This document shows positions 38,794-49,189 of a stretch of DNA of 64,000 nucleotides, one piece after another. The stretch covers positions 20 to 64,019 of the forward strand of contig JBGCFN010000019.1 of assembly GCA_045106935.1 (NCBI GenBank). The letters are read 5' to 3'. The stretch's first letter is position 1. Each line of letters starts with the position of its first letter. The notes below the pieces were generated by a model that ran no database searches, had not been told where the DNA came from, and saw nothing but the letters and a program-made list of their open reading frames with translations. The position numbers and the translations under genes were made by a program. Source of the stretch: Gammaproteobacteria bacterium. Its GTDB lineage: Bacteria > Pseudomonadota > Gammaproteobacteria > UBA4575.

Positions 38794-39291
38794 TTAATAA
38801 CTATCTAATAATTGAAAATTATTATTTGGGTTTAAATTTATTTTTTGTTTGGAACTGGAGATTTGATCAAGTCTCTGGTGATGGATTCTTATATAGCCTT
38901 GTCCTTGAAAGATGAATAATTCGCCGTCCAAGTAAAATGCTTTGGCATCCAATTCTGAGATTAGGATATTGAATTTCTCGATGGTACTGTGTGGTTTATT
39001 TAAATCAACGTATCCTGTTCGGCGGATAAAGGCATCTTTAAAGCCTGTCTTTTTTAATTTTGCTAGAAGTGGCTTAGCACTTTCTTTAGATGTAAATTCA
39101 CCCACTGTCACTCGTGACATGTTTTGATAAGTGAATGTATGGACATTTTCAAAATTTTTAACTAGCTGTTTGCTATTATTGGCAAATTTCTCATAAGTTC
39201 CGATTTGAACTGCATATATTTCGGTTCTTTGCGCCACTGCTGCAGTGGAGTAAGAGAAAACAAGTAACAGTAAAAGCCCAAGCCGAATCAT
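38794..39291 (-). CDS. SPOR-domain (peptidoglycan-binding) secreted protein
   Basis: Signal peptide. SPOR-like segment (IYAVQIGTYEKFANN...KPLLAKLKKTGFKDAFI). Confidence 0.55.
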   Translation of the reverse strand: MIRLGLLLLLVFSYSTAAVAQRTEIYAVQIGTYEKFANNSKQLVKNFENVHTFTYQNMSRVTVGEFTSKESAKPLLAKLKKTGFKDAFIRRTGYVDLNKPHSTIEKFNILISELDAKAFYLDGELFIFQGQGYIRIHHQRLDQISSSKQKINLNPNNNFQLLDSY

Positions 39292-39426
39292 AAAAATTTC
39301 AATTAGTTTGTAATAGTTTACTGTGTCTATTTAATAAGCTAGCGTCAGTAATTTTTATCGGGGACATCGTACCGCCCATTTATAATTTGTCCAATTTTGG
39401 GCGTGTATCCCTGGGTTAGCAGGGGC

Positions 39427-41124
39427 TTAGTGATAGTCCTCATATAAAGAAAATAAGAAATGTACTAAATTATCGATATCCGTTGCTTTGATTTCCATTT
39501 GTTGTAATTCACTATCGGGATTTCTCATTTGCCCGTTTAAACTATTCTTTGAAGCATTCAAATAGAATCCCATCACGGCATGTAAATCACTTATCTGTCC
39601 ATTATGCATATAGGGCGCTGTATGACCTAAATTTCTTAAAGTAGGTGTCTTAAACGTTGCTAAGGAGCGTTGCAATGCAATATCTTTGGATGAGCACTTA
39701 TTGTCTGCTGGACAGAATATATTAAGTAAAGATTCTTGTGGGTTGGGAAAATCATCATTAAATAATATATTCCAAGCACCAAGATCTGTGTGTTGAGAAT
39801 TAGATTGTTGAGCTACTTTTCTAAATACGCCTTTTCTGTCGGGATGAATATTTGTTGCAGGTAAATACGTGTTAGCATTTTTATTTCTTGCTGCATTGTT
39901 TGGCACAGGTAATTTATTGAATGAGTTGATGCCATGAATTGCTTCGTATTCAACTTGCGATACACCTATATTATGAAATTTAAAATCTGTAAAGTGAGGA
40001 GCCGCATGGCATGCAATGCAATTCCCTGTGCTGATGGATGAATGATTATCCTGATTAAAAAAAACTTTTAAGCCCTCAAGTTCTTTATTACTGAATTTAT
40101 AAGCTTGATCATGGAATCGGAATTGTCCATTTTCAGTATTTTCATTTTTTGTAACAAATTTGAGTGTATTATTTTTCTCTAAGGAATTAATTAAAGAGAG
40201 AAGGCGAGCACTGTATTCCAAGTCGGATTCATTGTCTTGTGGTGAAACAGGTAATTGGTTTAGTGTGAGGAATGTATCGTAAGGTGATAATGCCAGTTCA
40301 TCTTGCGAGAATTGCAAATCACTTATATAGACCTCAAGTAATGACGCTATGGCTTGAAGAATTTCATTGCAGGAACTCTTGTTAACATTTATTTGGTAGT
40401 TTGAGTCAATTAAATATTCTGTAGGTAATTCTTCTCCAGAAGAATATTTGCCTGACAACATTTCGGTATACGAAATACTGCCGAATTCTTGAGCAATGTC
40501 TCCATTGCCATTATCGTTTTTTATGACATTACAAATATGTTCAGATGCTAGCGCTCTTTCATTCGGAAGCCATCCAAAATTACGTTGTGTCAAAGTGCCT
40601 ATGATTAGCTCTTGTAGTGATGAAAATTCACCATCTGCATGAAACAACAAATAATCTTTATCAACAAACGATGAGATCAATTGTGGAGAATTTCTAACTG
40701 TCACAGTTTGCTTATCATTTCGCGCCGAAAGTGGACTACGTGAGGCAAAGTCTGAGTATGCACGCATTCCTAATTCTTTTTGATTGAGATGCTCATCAAC
40801 CATATGACACGTTCGGCAACTAAATGAGCTTCCTTTAAATGGACTTGTGGCAAATGGAATTTGGTAAGGAGGCAAACCAAAAAATCGATATGTTTTATCT
40901 AATTTAGCGTCACCTTGTTCTAGTGGCTGATTATAATCGCCACCTTGATGAATATACTGATAAAAGTACTCTGCGAATCTGGTTTCTAGAAATAAACGTT
41001 CACCATGGAAAACTTCAGCAGGTTCGAATTCTTCTTCGCTTGCAGAGAGAATATGAGAGAAAATTAGACTATTGAATAAAAATATTCGAATAATCGCTTT
41101 ACAAATAGAGGGTAATTGCATCAT
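39427..41124 (-). CDS. di-haem cytochrome c peroxidase (CCP/MauG/MbnH) family protein with large inter-haem insertion
   Basis: Two CxxCH motifs (CRTCH, CIACH). The conserved C-terminal FKTPTLRNLGHTAPYMHNGQ motif. Signal peptide. 565 aa versus ~330 aa for canonical CCP. Confidence 0.75.
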   Translation of the reverse strand: MMQLPSICKAIIRIFLFNSLIFSHILSASEEEFEPAEVFHGERLFLETRFAEYFYQYIHQGGDYNQPLEQGDAKLDKTYRFFGLPPYQIPFATSPFKGSSFSCRTCHMVDEHLNQKELGMRAYSDFASRSPLSARNDKQTVTVRNSPQLISSFVDKDYLLFHADGEFSSLQELIIGTLTQRNFGWLPNERALASEHICNVIKNDNGNGDIAQEFGSISYTEMLSGKYSSGEELPTEYLIDSNYQINVNKSSCNEILQAIASLLEVYISDLQFSQDELALSPYDTFLTLNQLPVSPQDNESDLEYSARLLSLINSLEKNNTLKFVTKNENTENGQFRFHDQAYKFSNKELEGLKVFFNQDNHSSISTGNCIACHAAPHFTDFKFHNIGVSQVEYEAIHGINSFNKLPVPNNAARNKNANTYLPATNIHPDRKGVFRKVAQQSNSQHTDLGAWNILFNDDFPNPQESLLNIFCPADNKCSSKDIALQRSLATFKTPTLRNLGHTAPYMHNGQISDLHAVMGFYLNASKNSLNGQMRNPDSELQQMEIKATDIDNLVHFLFSLYEDYH

Positions 41125-41218
41125 CGCTCTATTATAAACGACTATGGTAAAAGACGTAAAAAACTCCGATCAAATTCTTGGTCGGAGTCTTTTTGTTTAA
41201 GTTAGATTAAATTATAAG

Positions 41219-42670
41219 CTACGGTACAGGGGTAACAGGCTTTTCTACAGTCGGGTATTTTAATTTGACTGCATTTCCCAGGTCTTCAGCATGTGGATTA
41301 GTTTCCCCTTTATTGGTGAGATAGGGGTCAGTGTAAGTTCCATATTCACCGGGTTGTAGTGTGTATGTGACTTCTTTTTCACCGAGGCCAGCATTAGCCA
41401 AATATTTACTTGGATTATCCCAACTTTGACCATCTAAATTTGCAAAGAATTTTATATCGACTAATACTCCATCACATAATGGGGTTATTTCTTCGTAATT
41501 AGTAGGCCAACCCGCAGCGCCAGTCGTTTTTGGATAATTACTCCAATCGCCACCTTTTAATGGACAGGCGCCACCGCCACCAAAAGCGGCTCGATTTGGA
41601 TGATGCACACCATACACGGGTAAACCTTTTGCGGCTGCTACTGTACCATTTTCTAAATGAAATCTGGGTTCGTAGGTGACTTCAGTTTTGACATCTTGAT
41701 TGGTAGATTTTACATGCTCGAAATATTCACCATCGGGGCGCACATATTGAAAATCACCATTATCAGGATTATCGAACACCGCGGTGATGAATAAGTATGG
41801 CTCGTTAAAGAAAGGGCGCTCAATTAAATAGAATTCAGCATTTGTTTTGCTTACATCAACCGCTTGCCAATCAACAGAGTTTTCATCTTCACCGCCAACA
41901 TTAACCCATGCTTTTGCATCAGGGAATAAGTCAACACGAAGCACTTTGGTATAAAGTTCATTAATATCAAGGCCTGCACGCTTTCCTAATGGGCCAATTT
42001 TATTTGCACCTGGCTGATTGAATGAGTAATCCACAGCTTTTCTTGCGTAAGGATATTGATTGGCCGACATAGTGCAATAGAAGTGAGGTAAATCGATCGC
42101 TGTATGATTATCATATTTGCCCTTGTACTTTGGATGATTAATAGGTAAATCAATAAAATTAAGACGACCATCTTCCGTTACTTCTTGGTGAGGATGTTTG
42201 TAACCATCCCAACTCTCTTCAGGTAGGTAGCTTGCATAGTCTGACTCAATTGTCGCTAAATTGTCGTTGCTAAATAAATCATCCCCTTTCATTAATCCTT
42301 GAGCATCTTTTCTTTTGTACTCACGAATCGTGCCATTATCTTGCACGCGCCATAAACCATGTTTGCCTTCACCTATCATTGTCATTGTTTGTTCTACAAC
42401 ATTAACGAAGCGATAAGTATAGTTAGTATTCATGTAACCTGAGAAAAATGGTAAATGTGGGACTTTAGAATGAGTCGTGCTAGGTCTGCCTTGACCGACA
42501 AGCAGTCTTTGTCCGTCATGATCAGTAATTGCTTGATCACTTGTGTAGTAGTAAGGGTCACCTTTAGTGAGATCTTTAATATGTTCTACCTCATCGGCTT
42601 GCAGACTGATACAAGCAACAAGTGTAATTAAACAAAATATATTTAATTTAAAAGCATGTTTATATTTCAT
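41219..42670 (-). CDS. 483-aa lipoprotein of unknown function
   Basis: Lipobox (LVACIS). Trp/Tyr/Gly-rich sequence. Co-directional and closely spaced with the peroxidase. Confidence 0.5.
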   Translation of the reverse strand: MKYKHAFKLNIFCLITLVACISLQADEVEHIKDLTKGDPYYYTSDQAITDHDGQRLLVGQGRPSTTHSKVPHLPFFSGYMNTNYTYRFVNVVEQTMTMIGEGKHGLWRVQDNGTIREYKRKDAQGLMKGDDLFSNDNLATIESDYASYLPEESWDGYKHPHQEVTEDGRLNFIDLPINHPKYKGKYDNHTAIDLPHFYCTMSANQYPYARKAVDYSFNQPGANKIGPLGKRAGLDINELYTKVLRVDLFPDAKAWVNVGGEDENSVDWQAVDVSKTNAEFYLIERPFFNEPYLFITAVFDNPDNGDFQYVRPDGEYFEHVKSTNQDVKTEVTYEPRFHLENGTVAAAKGLPVYGVHHPNRAAFGGGGACPLKGGDWSNYPKTTGAAGWPTNYEEITPLCDGVLVDIKFFANLDGQSWDNPSKYLANAGLGEKEVTYTLQPGEYGTYTDPYLTNKGETNPHAEDLGNAVKLKYPTVEKPVTPVP

Positions 42671-42703
42671 TGTTCATTACTCCAATGTTTCATATTAGAC
42701 TAA

Positions 42704-43141
42704 TTAAATTTCGCCAGAAGCTCTTTGCCCGCAATAGAATCCAATGCCATAGGATTCGGACGTAAAAGTTATTTTTGCACCTTTATCAAAATAGACAACA
42801 TCACCTGCTACCGCGTTAAATGACTCACCATTTTCTTCTGAAATTGTCATTTCTCCATCAACAATTATTTTTGCTTCATCATATGTATAGGTGTAATCAA
42901 GAGGATTACCTTTTTCCATTCTGAAAAAACCACATGAAATAGGAGAATCTGGATCATTTGATGACACAGTATCGCTTAAAAATGCATTCACTCCTTCAAT
43001 ATTGAGAGAGCTGAGATCCATCGCTTGTGCGTTTTTGAATATTTTCATTTTATGGGTATGTTCATCAGCAATGGCAGCACTAGTAAAAACAGCAGCGCAG
43101 GTAGATATCAAGCAGGTAAATAGTAAATCTCTTGTTGACAT
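42704..43141 (-). CDS. secreted cupin-domain protein
   Basis: Signal peptide plus a cupin-2-like core (GFFRMEKG...IIVDGEMTI...AGDVVYFDKGAKITF). Confidence 0.6.
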   Translation of the reverse strand: MSTRDLLFTCLISTCAAVFTSAAIADEHTHKMKIFKNAQAMDLSSLNIEGVNAFLSDTVSSNDPDSPISCGFFRMEKGNPLDYTYTYDEAKIIVDGEMTISEENGESFNAVAGDVVYFDKGAKITFTSESYGIGFYCGQRASGEI

Positions 43142-43269
43142 GTAAGTCTCCTAAGTGAGAATAATTGATTTTATTTTACACTTAAGATAGTCGTAGAAGT
43201 GCTTTCAAAGAGCAATAAGGAAAATTCCCTAATGGAAGAATTTTATTAGGGTGATATAGAAAATTTATT

Positions 43270-44055
43270 TCATCCCAGCCAGGGAGCGCATTTTCTAATT
43301 AGCTCTACTTGATTTGTTACATTTAACCTTCTTCTTGCATCTCGTAATTGATTATCAATCGTTCTGACGGATTTACCCAATTCATCTGCAATCTGTTTAT
43401 AACTCATGCCTTTTGCCGCCAGCTTTATTGCTTCCAGCTCAGATTTGCTAGGTTTCTTGAACATTTGGTGAAGTGTTGGGTTGTGCCAATAATTACTAAT
43501 TCCTGCAAGAGGGGCAAAAAATGTTGTGCAAAAGTGATGCATAAACTCTACTTCATGTTGCATCCATGTGTGATGCTTTTTACTATGATCAACACATGAT
43601 ATGCCGATTGGTTCTCCGTCCCAAACAAGTCGTTGCATCATCATAGATTTACATTCAACTTGAAGTAATGGGTCTCGTATTCCTTCTAGTAGTGGATTAT
43701 TTTCAATATCTTCATATTTGACAGGCGTATCTTCTTGCCAAACCTTCTGTATTGAAGAGTGTTGGTTAGACATAACGAATGTTTCTAATCCAGGTGCATG
43801 AGAGTCAGGATTACTATAGTCTGATAAAGGGGAGTAATTAATATCAGTTGGTGTTGCAAATCCTGCGTCAGCTCTACATACATTAAGTGACCTTCCCATG
43901 AATTCTAATGCTATACGTACAGTATCTTTTGGGCTCTCAATGGAAATGATCATGCGTGCGACACAATCGAGCATGTCTGCAGATGTATTATTCTCATTGG
44001 CATCAATAAAGTATGACTTTAAATCTTTAATTGATGGTTGTTCTTCTCGGTACAT
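43270..44055 (-). CDS. LuxR-family transcriptional regulator (sensor domain + C-terminal HTH)
   Basis: SELEAIKLAAKGMSYKQIADELGKSVRTIDNQLRDARRRL is a LuxR/GerE HTH. The N-terminal ~190 aa is an unknown ligand domain. The true start may be internal, since the annotated start abuts a divergent ORF. Confidence 0.78.
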   Translation of the reverse strand: MYREEQPSIKDLKSYFIDANENNTSADMLDCVARMIISIESPKDTVRIALEFMGRSLNVCRADAGFATPTDINYSPLSDYSNPDSHAPGLETFVMSNQHSSIQKVWQEDTPVKYEDIENNPLLEGIRDPLLQVECKSMMMQRLVWDGEPIGISCVDHSKKHHTWMQHEVEFMHHFCTTFFAPLAGISNYWHNPTLHQMFKKPSKSELEAIKLAAKGMSYKQIADELGKSVRTIDNQLRDARRRLNVTNQVELIRKCAPWLG

Positions 44056-44057
44056 AA

Positions 44058-44435
44058 TTGAATAAAGATTATTTAACGGATTTCTATTATAATAATTGTA
44101 TGAATTGGATTTATGCCATCTTTGCTACCGTTATATCTTACACGCTTTTTTCATACTTTGGTTTGAGAACTGGTGCTGCTTCGACATTTAAAGACGCTGC
44201 TTTATCTCCGTTTACTAATATTATTGATTTGGCTTTGGTATTGACGGGGAGTGCAGGCTTTGGTGTTGCCACTTATTTTGCTTTGAAAAGCTCATCTTAT
44301 GCAGTACCAATAATTATATCTTTAGGTCTGATTGTGTCATTTATATTTGCGACAATTTTCTCTGATGGAAAAATTACTATTGAAAGACTGGTTGGGTTAC
44401 TTGTGATTGTGCTGGGTATAGTATTAATCAAATAA
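44058..44435 (+). CDS. small 4-TM membrane protein (SMR/EamA-like)
   Basis: 125 aa, hydrophobic. Start uncertain; M15 at 44100 is possible. Confidence 0.4.
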   Translation: MNKDYLTDFYYNNCMNWIYAIFATVISYTLFSYFGLRTGAASTFKDAALSPFTNIIDLALVLTGSAGFGVATYFALKSSSYAVPIIISLGLIVSFIFATIFSDGKITIERLVGLLVIVLGIVLIK

Positions 44436-44469
44436 AATCATAGCTTAATAAATTTCTAATAATAATTTT

Positions 44470-45480
44470 TTACGGGTTGTTGATTAAGTGTGTCTCTAAA
44501 AACTCTTTAGTTTCAGATAGCGCTATTCGAGCCGCTTTCCTATTATATTTGGCTACACCTGTAGGTTCGCTGCACGCAGATAGAACTTCGCTAATATTTT
44601 TATGAGTTACTTCAGTATTTTTGTATTCTTCAATGAATTTGCCTGGTTTGTATTCTTGTATTCGACAGTGCTTGGGAACTTGTGCATCCATAGTTAATGT
44701 GAAAGGAATTGGTATTCTGCCAAGCGTAGGGTGATCAAATGCATGGCGAGCATCTGGATATTCTTTTATTTCAATATTCGATTTATCTTTGTCGATGAGT
44801 GAGTTTTCTACAAGATCCGTGCAATGTTTAATTGGAGTGACAATATCTTTACTGCCACCTTGAATTAAAATTGGTGCACCAGTCGTTTGCATTTCATATA
44901 AATGAAGTCCGCACCATGGGTAGTAAGCGATATGGGCTGCAAATTTTAAATCATCAATCGATAGTAAATGTTGAATTTTATTCATTGCAGAATAAAAGGC
45001 GGCGATACCACCTTTAGAAAATCCCATGACAGCAACACGATTCGCATCGTAATTATTGTTTTGATCGATATATTTGAGCACAGTGTAAGCATCATTAAGC
45101 ATCGAGGCACTAGAGACGCTTGTTTGATTGAGTGATGTTTTTTCTACGCCTCGAGTGGTAAAGCTATCAATAGTAAAGGTCGCAATTCCCATAGCCTTAA
45201 AGATATCTGCGTAATGTGATTCTTGACTGCTCAACCCCCATGAGCTGTGAAGTAAGATCACGGCAGGGTAAGGTGGTTTAAAACGGGTGTTCTCAGGGAG
45301 TGTAAGCCATACGTCTATTATTCGTGATGGTGGGAGAACTTCATGGCTAGCGAGTAAGTTATCGATAAATAGGAAATCTGCGCTTTCTACTTGAATTTTT
45401 TCGCTAAATTGCTTAACTGGCGCTGTGCCACAAGCCGAAATTATAATAAGTAAAAATATGCTGAATTCAGTGCGTAACAT
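44470..45480 (-). CDS. dienelactone-hydrolase-family alpha/beta hydrolase lipoprotein
   Basis: Lipobox (ISACGT), nucleophile elbow GFSKGG and a downstream His. Confidence 0.65.
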   Translation of the reverse strand: MLRTEFSIFLLIIISACGTAPVKQFSEKIQVESADFLFIDNLLASHEVLPPSRIIDVWLTLPENTRFKPPYPAVILLHSSWGLSSQESHYADIFKAMGIATFTIDSFTTRGVEKTSLNQTSVSSASMLNDAYTVLKYIDQNNNYDANRVAVMGFSKGGIAAFYSAMNKIQHLLSIDDLKFAAHIAYYPWCGLHLYEMQTTGAPILIQGGSKDIVTPIKHCTDLVENSLIDKDKSNIEIKEYPDARHAFDHPTLGRIPIPFTLTMDAQVPKHCRIQEYKPGKFIEEYKNTEVTHKNISEVLSACSEPTGVAKYNRKAARIALSETKEFLETHLINNP

Positions 45481-45669
45481 GGTGTATATTCAGAATGGAT
45501 TTTAAGTTCACGCAGGAATAAAGTTGTCTTACATGTTGAATATATTCAATAAATAAGTTGAAAATAGACAATATAGTTAAAGTGATTATTAGTTCTGCGA
45601 TGTCATTAAGTGCTTAACGTTTGAATACTAATGTTAACCTACAAGAAATATATGTAGTAGCTATTTATC

Positions 45670-46797
45670 ATGCCTATTAAACTAATTTTCATAGGTTTAT
45701 CGATCATCACGCTGCTACCAGCGTGTGGTGTATCAAAAGGACCGCTTTTTGCCCAAGGTGAAATTGCGGGTGAATTGATTAGCGCTGAGATGGATTCTCC
45801 CATTGCTAAATATTCATTGGCTCCATCAGAAGATGAGCCCGCCGAGTTAAAAAAGCATCGAACTCATCTTGAGTCATCTATTCATTCCATTCCTACTTCA
45901 TCTGAATTGCAGTATTTAGTTGATCAGGGATCACCTGACTTTGCGAGTATTATATTGGCTCGAGCACTCCTCAATCAGGAATATAATAAGCATTGGCAAA
46001 CACAGTCGTATCAGCTTAGTAAAACGATAAGCTCTAATGAAACTAAGGAAAGACTCACTGAGACATTTGAAACTCACCATGCTTTATTGATCCCAGGGTG
46101 GCATTGGAAAACTCGTTCAGATACCGGCGCAGATTTAGAATTTCAACGTCGTATTCTTGCTTCATTTGGCCTCCAATCAACGCTTGTTGAAACGAATGAA
46201 CATGGCACCATCGAAGAAAATGCACGATTAATTGCGGCAGCTATTAATCGTCTAAGTTCATTGAATAAACCTATAGTCATTATTAGTGTGAGTAAGGGTG
46301 GTGCTGAAACGGCCTATGCTTTAGGTGCAGAATTAGATAATGAACAGGCAGCTTATATTAAAGGCTGGTTAAACATTGGTGGCTTAATTGCTGGTAGCTC
46401 ATTGGTAGATCATTCAAGTCACGATCCAAAACGCTGGTTGCGTTCAATTGGTTTCTCTGAAGATACGCCTGTGTCAGCATTTAATGGATTAAAAACACAT
46501 GTCGCTTCAGCGCGCTTGGCTGAATTGAATTTTCCAAATGATCTAACTGTTATTAATTACGTGGGTGTACCATTTGCTAGTTCTGTGAATGAAAAAGCTA
46601 AGTACAGTTATTCCTTATTAGCGAAGCAGGGACCAAATGATGGGGCAGCACTAACCCAGGAAATGCTAATGCCTAATGGGGTTACTGTGTTAGAGATTGG
46701 ATTAGACCACTATATGAGATCTAGACGAGCAATGAATAGAGCAATTTCATTATTATTGATGATAATGGAATGTGACATGGGTGCTATATGCGAATAA
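45670..46797 (+). CDS. lipoprotein, putative alpha/beta hydrolase (SVSKGG elbow)
   Basis: Lipobox (LLPACGV) and a GxSxG-like VIISVSKGGAETAY. Overlaps the downstream monooxygenase gene by 10 bp. Confidence 0.45.
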   Translation: MPIKLIFIGLSIITLLPACGVSKGPLFAQGEIAGELISAEMDSPIAKYSLAPSEDEPAELKKHRTHLESSIHSIPTSSELQYLVDQGSPDFASIILARALLNQEYNKHWQTQSYQLSKTISSNETKERLTETFETHHALLIPGWHWKTRSDTGADLEFQRRILASFGLQSTLVETNEHGTIEENARLIAAAINRLSSLNKPIVIISVSKGGAETAYALGAELDNEQAAYIKGWLNIGGLIAGSSLVDHSSHDPKRWLRSIGFSEDTPVSAFNGLKTHVASARLAELNFPNDLTVINYVGVPFASSVNEKAKYSYSLLAKQGPNDGAALTQEMLMPNGVTVLEIGLDHYMRSRRAMNRAISLLLMIMECDMGAICE

Positions 46798-48593
46798 GTC
46801 TAGTAACTATAGTCTTTGCTGCATCATTGCTAAATTCAGTTCTTGCGGATACTGAAAAACTATTTCAATGGCAAGCTTCTGAATCGTTACAACTAAGTGC
46901 ACCATTAGCAAAGAAAATCCCTTCAAATGAATATGTGACTTTGAATGGAATGCTTAAGCTATCGGATGTGGTAAAAGATAAACCGTTTATTATTGCTGTA
47001 CGTGATCCTGACTGTCCTGTGTCGCGTCGTTATGCGCCTTACTTAAAAGATTTGCAATCAAAAAATATCGATATAATTTATTTGCTCACAGGGTCGTTAG
47101 CTACACCAGACATAGCAAGGAGAGATAAAGAAAATTATGGTCTTGATGGCGTCTATATTCTTGACTCGGATCGTAAGCTAAGTGAATGGTTAGGAGTGCG
47201 TACTAGCAGTGAAGTATATCTTTTCGATGAAAACACAAAGTTAAGATATCGTGGTGCCATTGATGACCGTTTTGGTATTGGCTTTAGTCGTACCAAGGCA
47301 ACAAAAAAATTTCTAGTCAATGCTTTAAATTCTGTGCGTGCAGGACTTGCTGTCGATATACCCATGACTTCCTCACCCGGTTGCTACGTTAATCAGCCGG
47401 TTATAAAAGAGGTGGCTAATCATGTCACTTGGCATAAGCATGTGAATCGCTTAATGACTGAAAAATGTAAAGTTTGCCACCGAGTGGGGCAAGCTGGTCC
47501 ATTTCCATTGCAAACCTATGAGCAAGTTATTCAGCGCAAAAGCATGATTCGTTTTGTTTTAAATAATAAAATTATGCCGCCGTGGTTTGCCTCTGGTGAT
47601 GCTGATCAATGGGTAGGTGGACGTCATCTTGCCTCGGTCGATCGTCAGATGCTAATTGACTGGATAGATTCTGGTGCGCCAGAAGGTGATATTAAAGATG
47701 CTGCCACCTCGCATAAATGGTTTGATGGTTGGCAGTTGGGTGAACCCGACATTGTGTTAACCAGTCCTCGTGTGCTGGATATTCCTGCTGAAGGAGAAAT
47801 AGCCTATGAATATGTCAGTATCCCAACAGATTTTGAGAGTGACCGTTGGGTGGAAGCGATTGAGGTATCTACAGATGTTCCTCAGAATACTCATCATATA
47901 ATTTTATTTGTGTTACCTCCTGATTCAGGTCCGATACAAGAGAAAATTCTACCTGGTATAGCTGCTAAGACAACATTAAGTCGAAGAGAGATGCATTTGT
48001 TAACGCTGCGAGGTTTTTATGGGGGGTATGTTCAAGGGTTACCTGGAGTGCGATATCAGCGTGGTGTAGCAAAGTTATTACCCAAAGGATGGCGCTTATT
48101 GATGCAAATTCACTATGAAGCAAATGGCATAGCTAAAGTTGATCAACCACGTATTGGCATTCAATTTTCACAAAAGACTCCTGAAAAAATAGTAGAGACA
48201 TTGGCAGCAGCAACCAAGAAACTTACTATTCCACCAGGTGCTGCAAAACATAAAGAAATGGCAGGTCATACATTTAGAGAAAGTGGACAAATCTATGGTT
48301 TTTTCCCACACACGCACTTAAGGGGAAAAGCATTCTCATATACATTAAAAGAGCCAGATGGCACGGAAAAAGTATTATTAGATGTGCCTCGTTATAATCC
48401 AAATTGGCAATACTATTATCAGCTTAAATCACCTATACATGTTCAAGCTGGGTCAACACTCATTGCGAGTGCCACCTACGACAATAGTAAAAATAATCCG
48501 AACAATCCTGATCCGACAGCTGAGGTTAATTTCGGTTTAAGAACGCGCGACGAAATGATGATAGGTTATTTTGATTGGGTTCAATCACCATAA
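46788..48593 (+). CDS. thioredoxin-like + cytochrome c + PHM/DBH-like copper monooxygenase fusion protein
   Basis: Signal peptide. Redoxin-like segment with DCPVS. CKVCH haem-c motif. Then HH (THHIILF) ...H... HTH (FPHTHLRGKA) ...M (DEMMIGYFDW), matching the CuH/CuM ligands of copper type II ascorbate-dependent monooxygenases. Confidence 0.6.
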   Translation: MRISLVTIVFAASLLNSVLADTEKLFQWQASESLQLSAPLAKKIPSNEYVTLNGMLKLSDVVKDKPFIIAVRDPDCPVSRRYAPYLKDLQSKNIDIIYLLTGSLATPDIARRDKENYGLDGVYILDSDRKLSEWLGVRTSSEVYLFDENTKLRYRGAIDDRFGIGFSRTKATKKFLVNALNSVRAGLAVDIPMTSSPGCYVNQPVIKEVANHVTWHKHVNRLMTEKCKVCHRVGQAGPFPLQTYEQVIQRKSMIRFVLNNKIMPPWFASGDADQWVGGRHLASVDRQMLIDWIDSGAPEGDIKDAATSHKWFDGWQLGEPDIVLTSPRVLDIPAEGEIAYEYVSIPTDFESDRWVEAIEVSTDVPQNTHHIILFVLPPDSGPIQEKILPGIAAKTTLSRREMHLLTLRGFYGGYVQGLPGVRYQRGVAKLLPKGWRLLMQIHYEANGIAKVDQPRIGIQFSQKTPEKIVETLAAATKKLTIPPGAAKHKEMAGHTFRESGQIYGFFPHTHLRGKAFSYTLKEPDGTEKVLLDVPRYNPNWQYYYQLKSPIHVQAGSTLIASATYDNSKNNPNNPDPTAEVNFGLRTRDEMMIGYFDWVQSP

Positions 48594-48616
48594 CTTTGCA
48601 TTCTAATAGTCAATTT

Positions 48617-49000
48617 CTATTTGGCTTGATCGACCATTAATTTGGTTTTTTCCTCTACCTCTACTGCTGTATCAATTAGGCTTGAATCATTAGATAACGC
48701 TGAGAGCATTTCTTCAGGTTTTATTAAACCGATTTTAGTTTTGTTGTCCTCAGTGTAGACTGAAATTCTGCAAGGTAAAGCCATATTTAAACGCATATCT
48801 GTGGATAATACTTTTGCGGCTTGTATTGGGTTGCATACCTCAAAGACTTTACAGTTTTCCTTGAAATCGACACCTTTGCTGCGCAGTGTATTGCCTAAGT
48901 CATGTATATGTAACACGCCAAATCCATTTTGTTTGACAGCAGCATCTAAGTCATCTACTGCTTGATCAAATGGTTTGTCTGAGTCAACGATATAATACAT
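48617..49000 (-). CDS. DUF302-domain protein
   Basis: 127 aa with the DUF302-typical GFGVLHIHDLGNTLRSKG. Confidence 0.65.
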   Translation of the reverse strand: MYYIVDSDKPFDQAVDDLDAAVKQNGFGVLHIHDLGNTLRSKGVDFKENCKVFEVCNPIQAAKVLSTDMRLNMALPCRISVYTEDNKTKIGLIKPEEMLSALSNDSSLIDTAVEVEEKTKLMVDQAK

Positions 49001-49138
49001 TTTTCACCTTTTATACTAATGATTATTTTTTAAGAATAATAAATGTATCGACCAAATGATTAGTTGATTTTAATCAATTTATTCAAAAAGAGAGCATACA
49101 AAAACGAATGCTTAAAATATCTGTATGTTTAAATAGTG

Positions 49139-49170
49139 CAGGGCATTAGTATTAAATAATGCCCTGAATC
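49139..49170 (-). terminator. hairpin downstream of the yegP-like gene
   Basis: CAGGGCATTA-gtattaaa-TAATGCCCTG is a perfect 10-bp inverted repeat, followed on the minus strand by TATTTAAA. Confidence 0.45.
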
Positions 49171-49189
49171 TATCACTATCGAATATGCC

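Noticed and set aside
44055-44058. Apparent zero-length divergent intergenic region between the LuxR regulator and the small membrane ORF
   Set aside because: This is more likely a start-codon miscall than a real arrangement. LuxR probably starts at an internal Met, or the 125-aa ORF starts later or is spurious.
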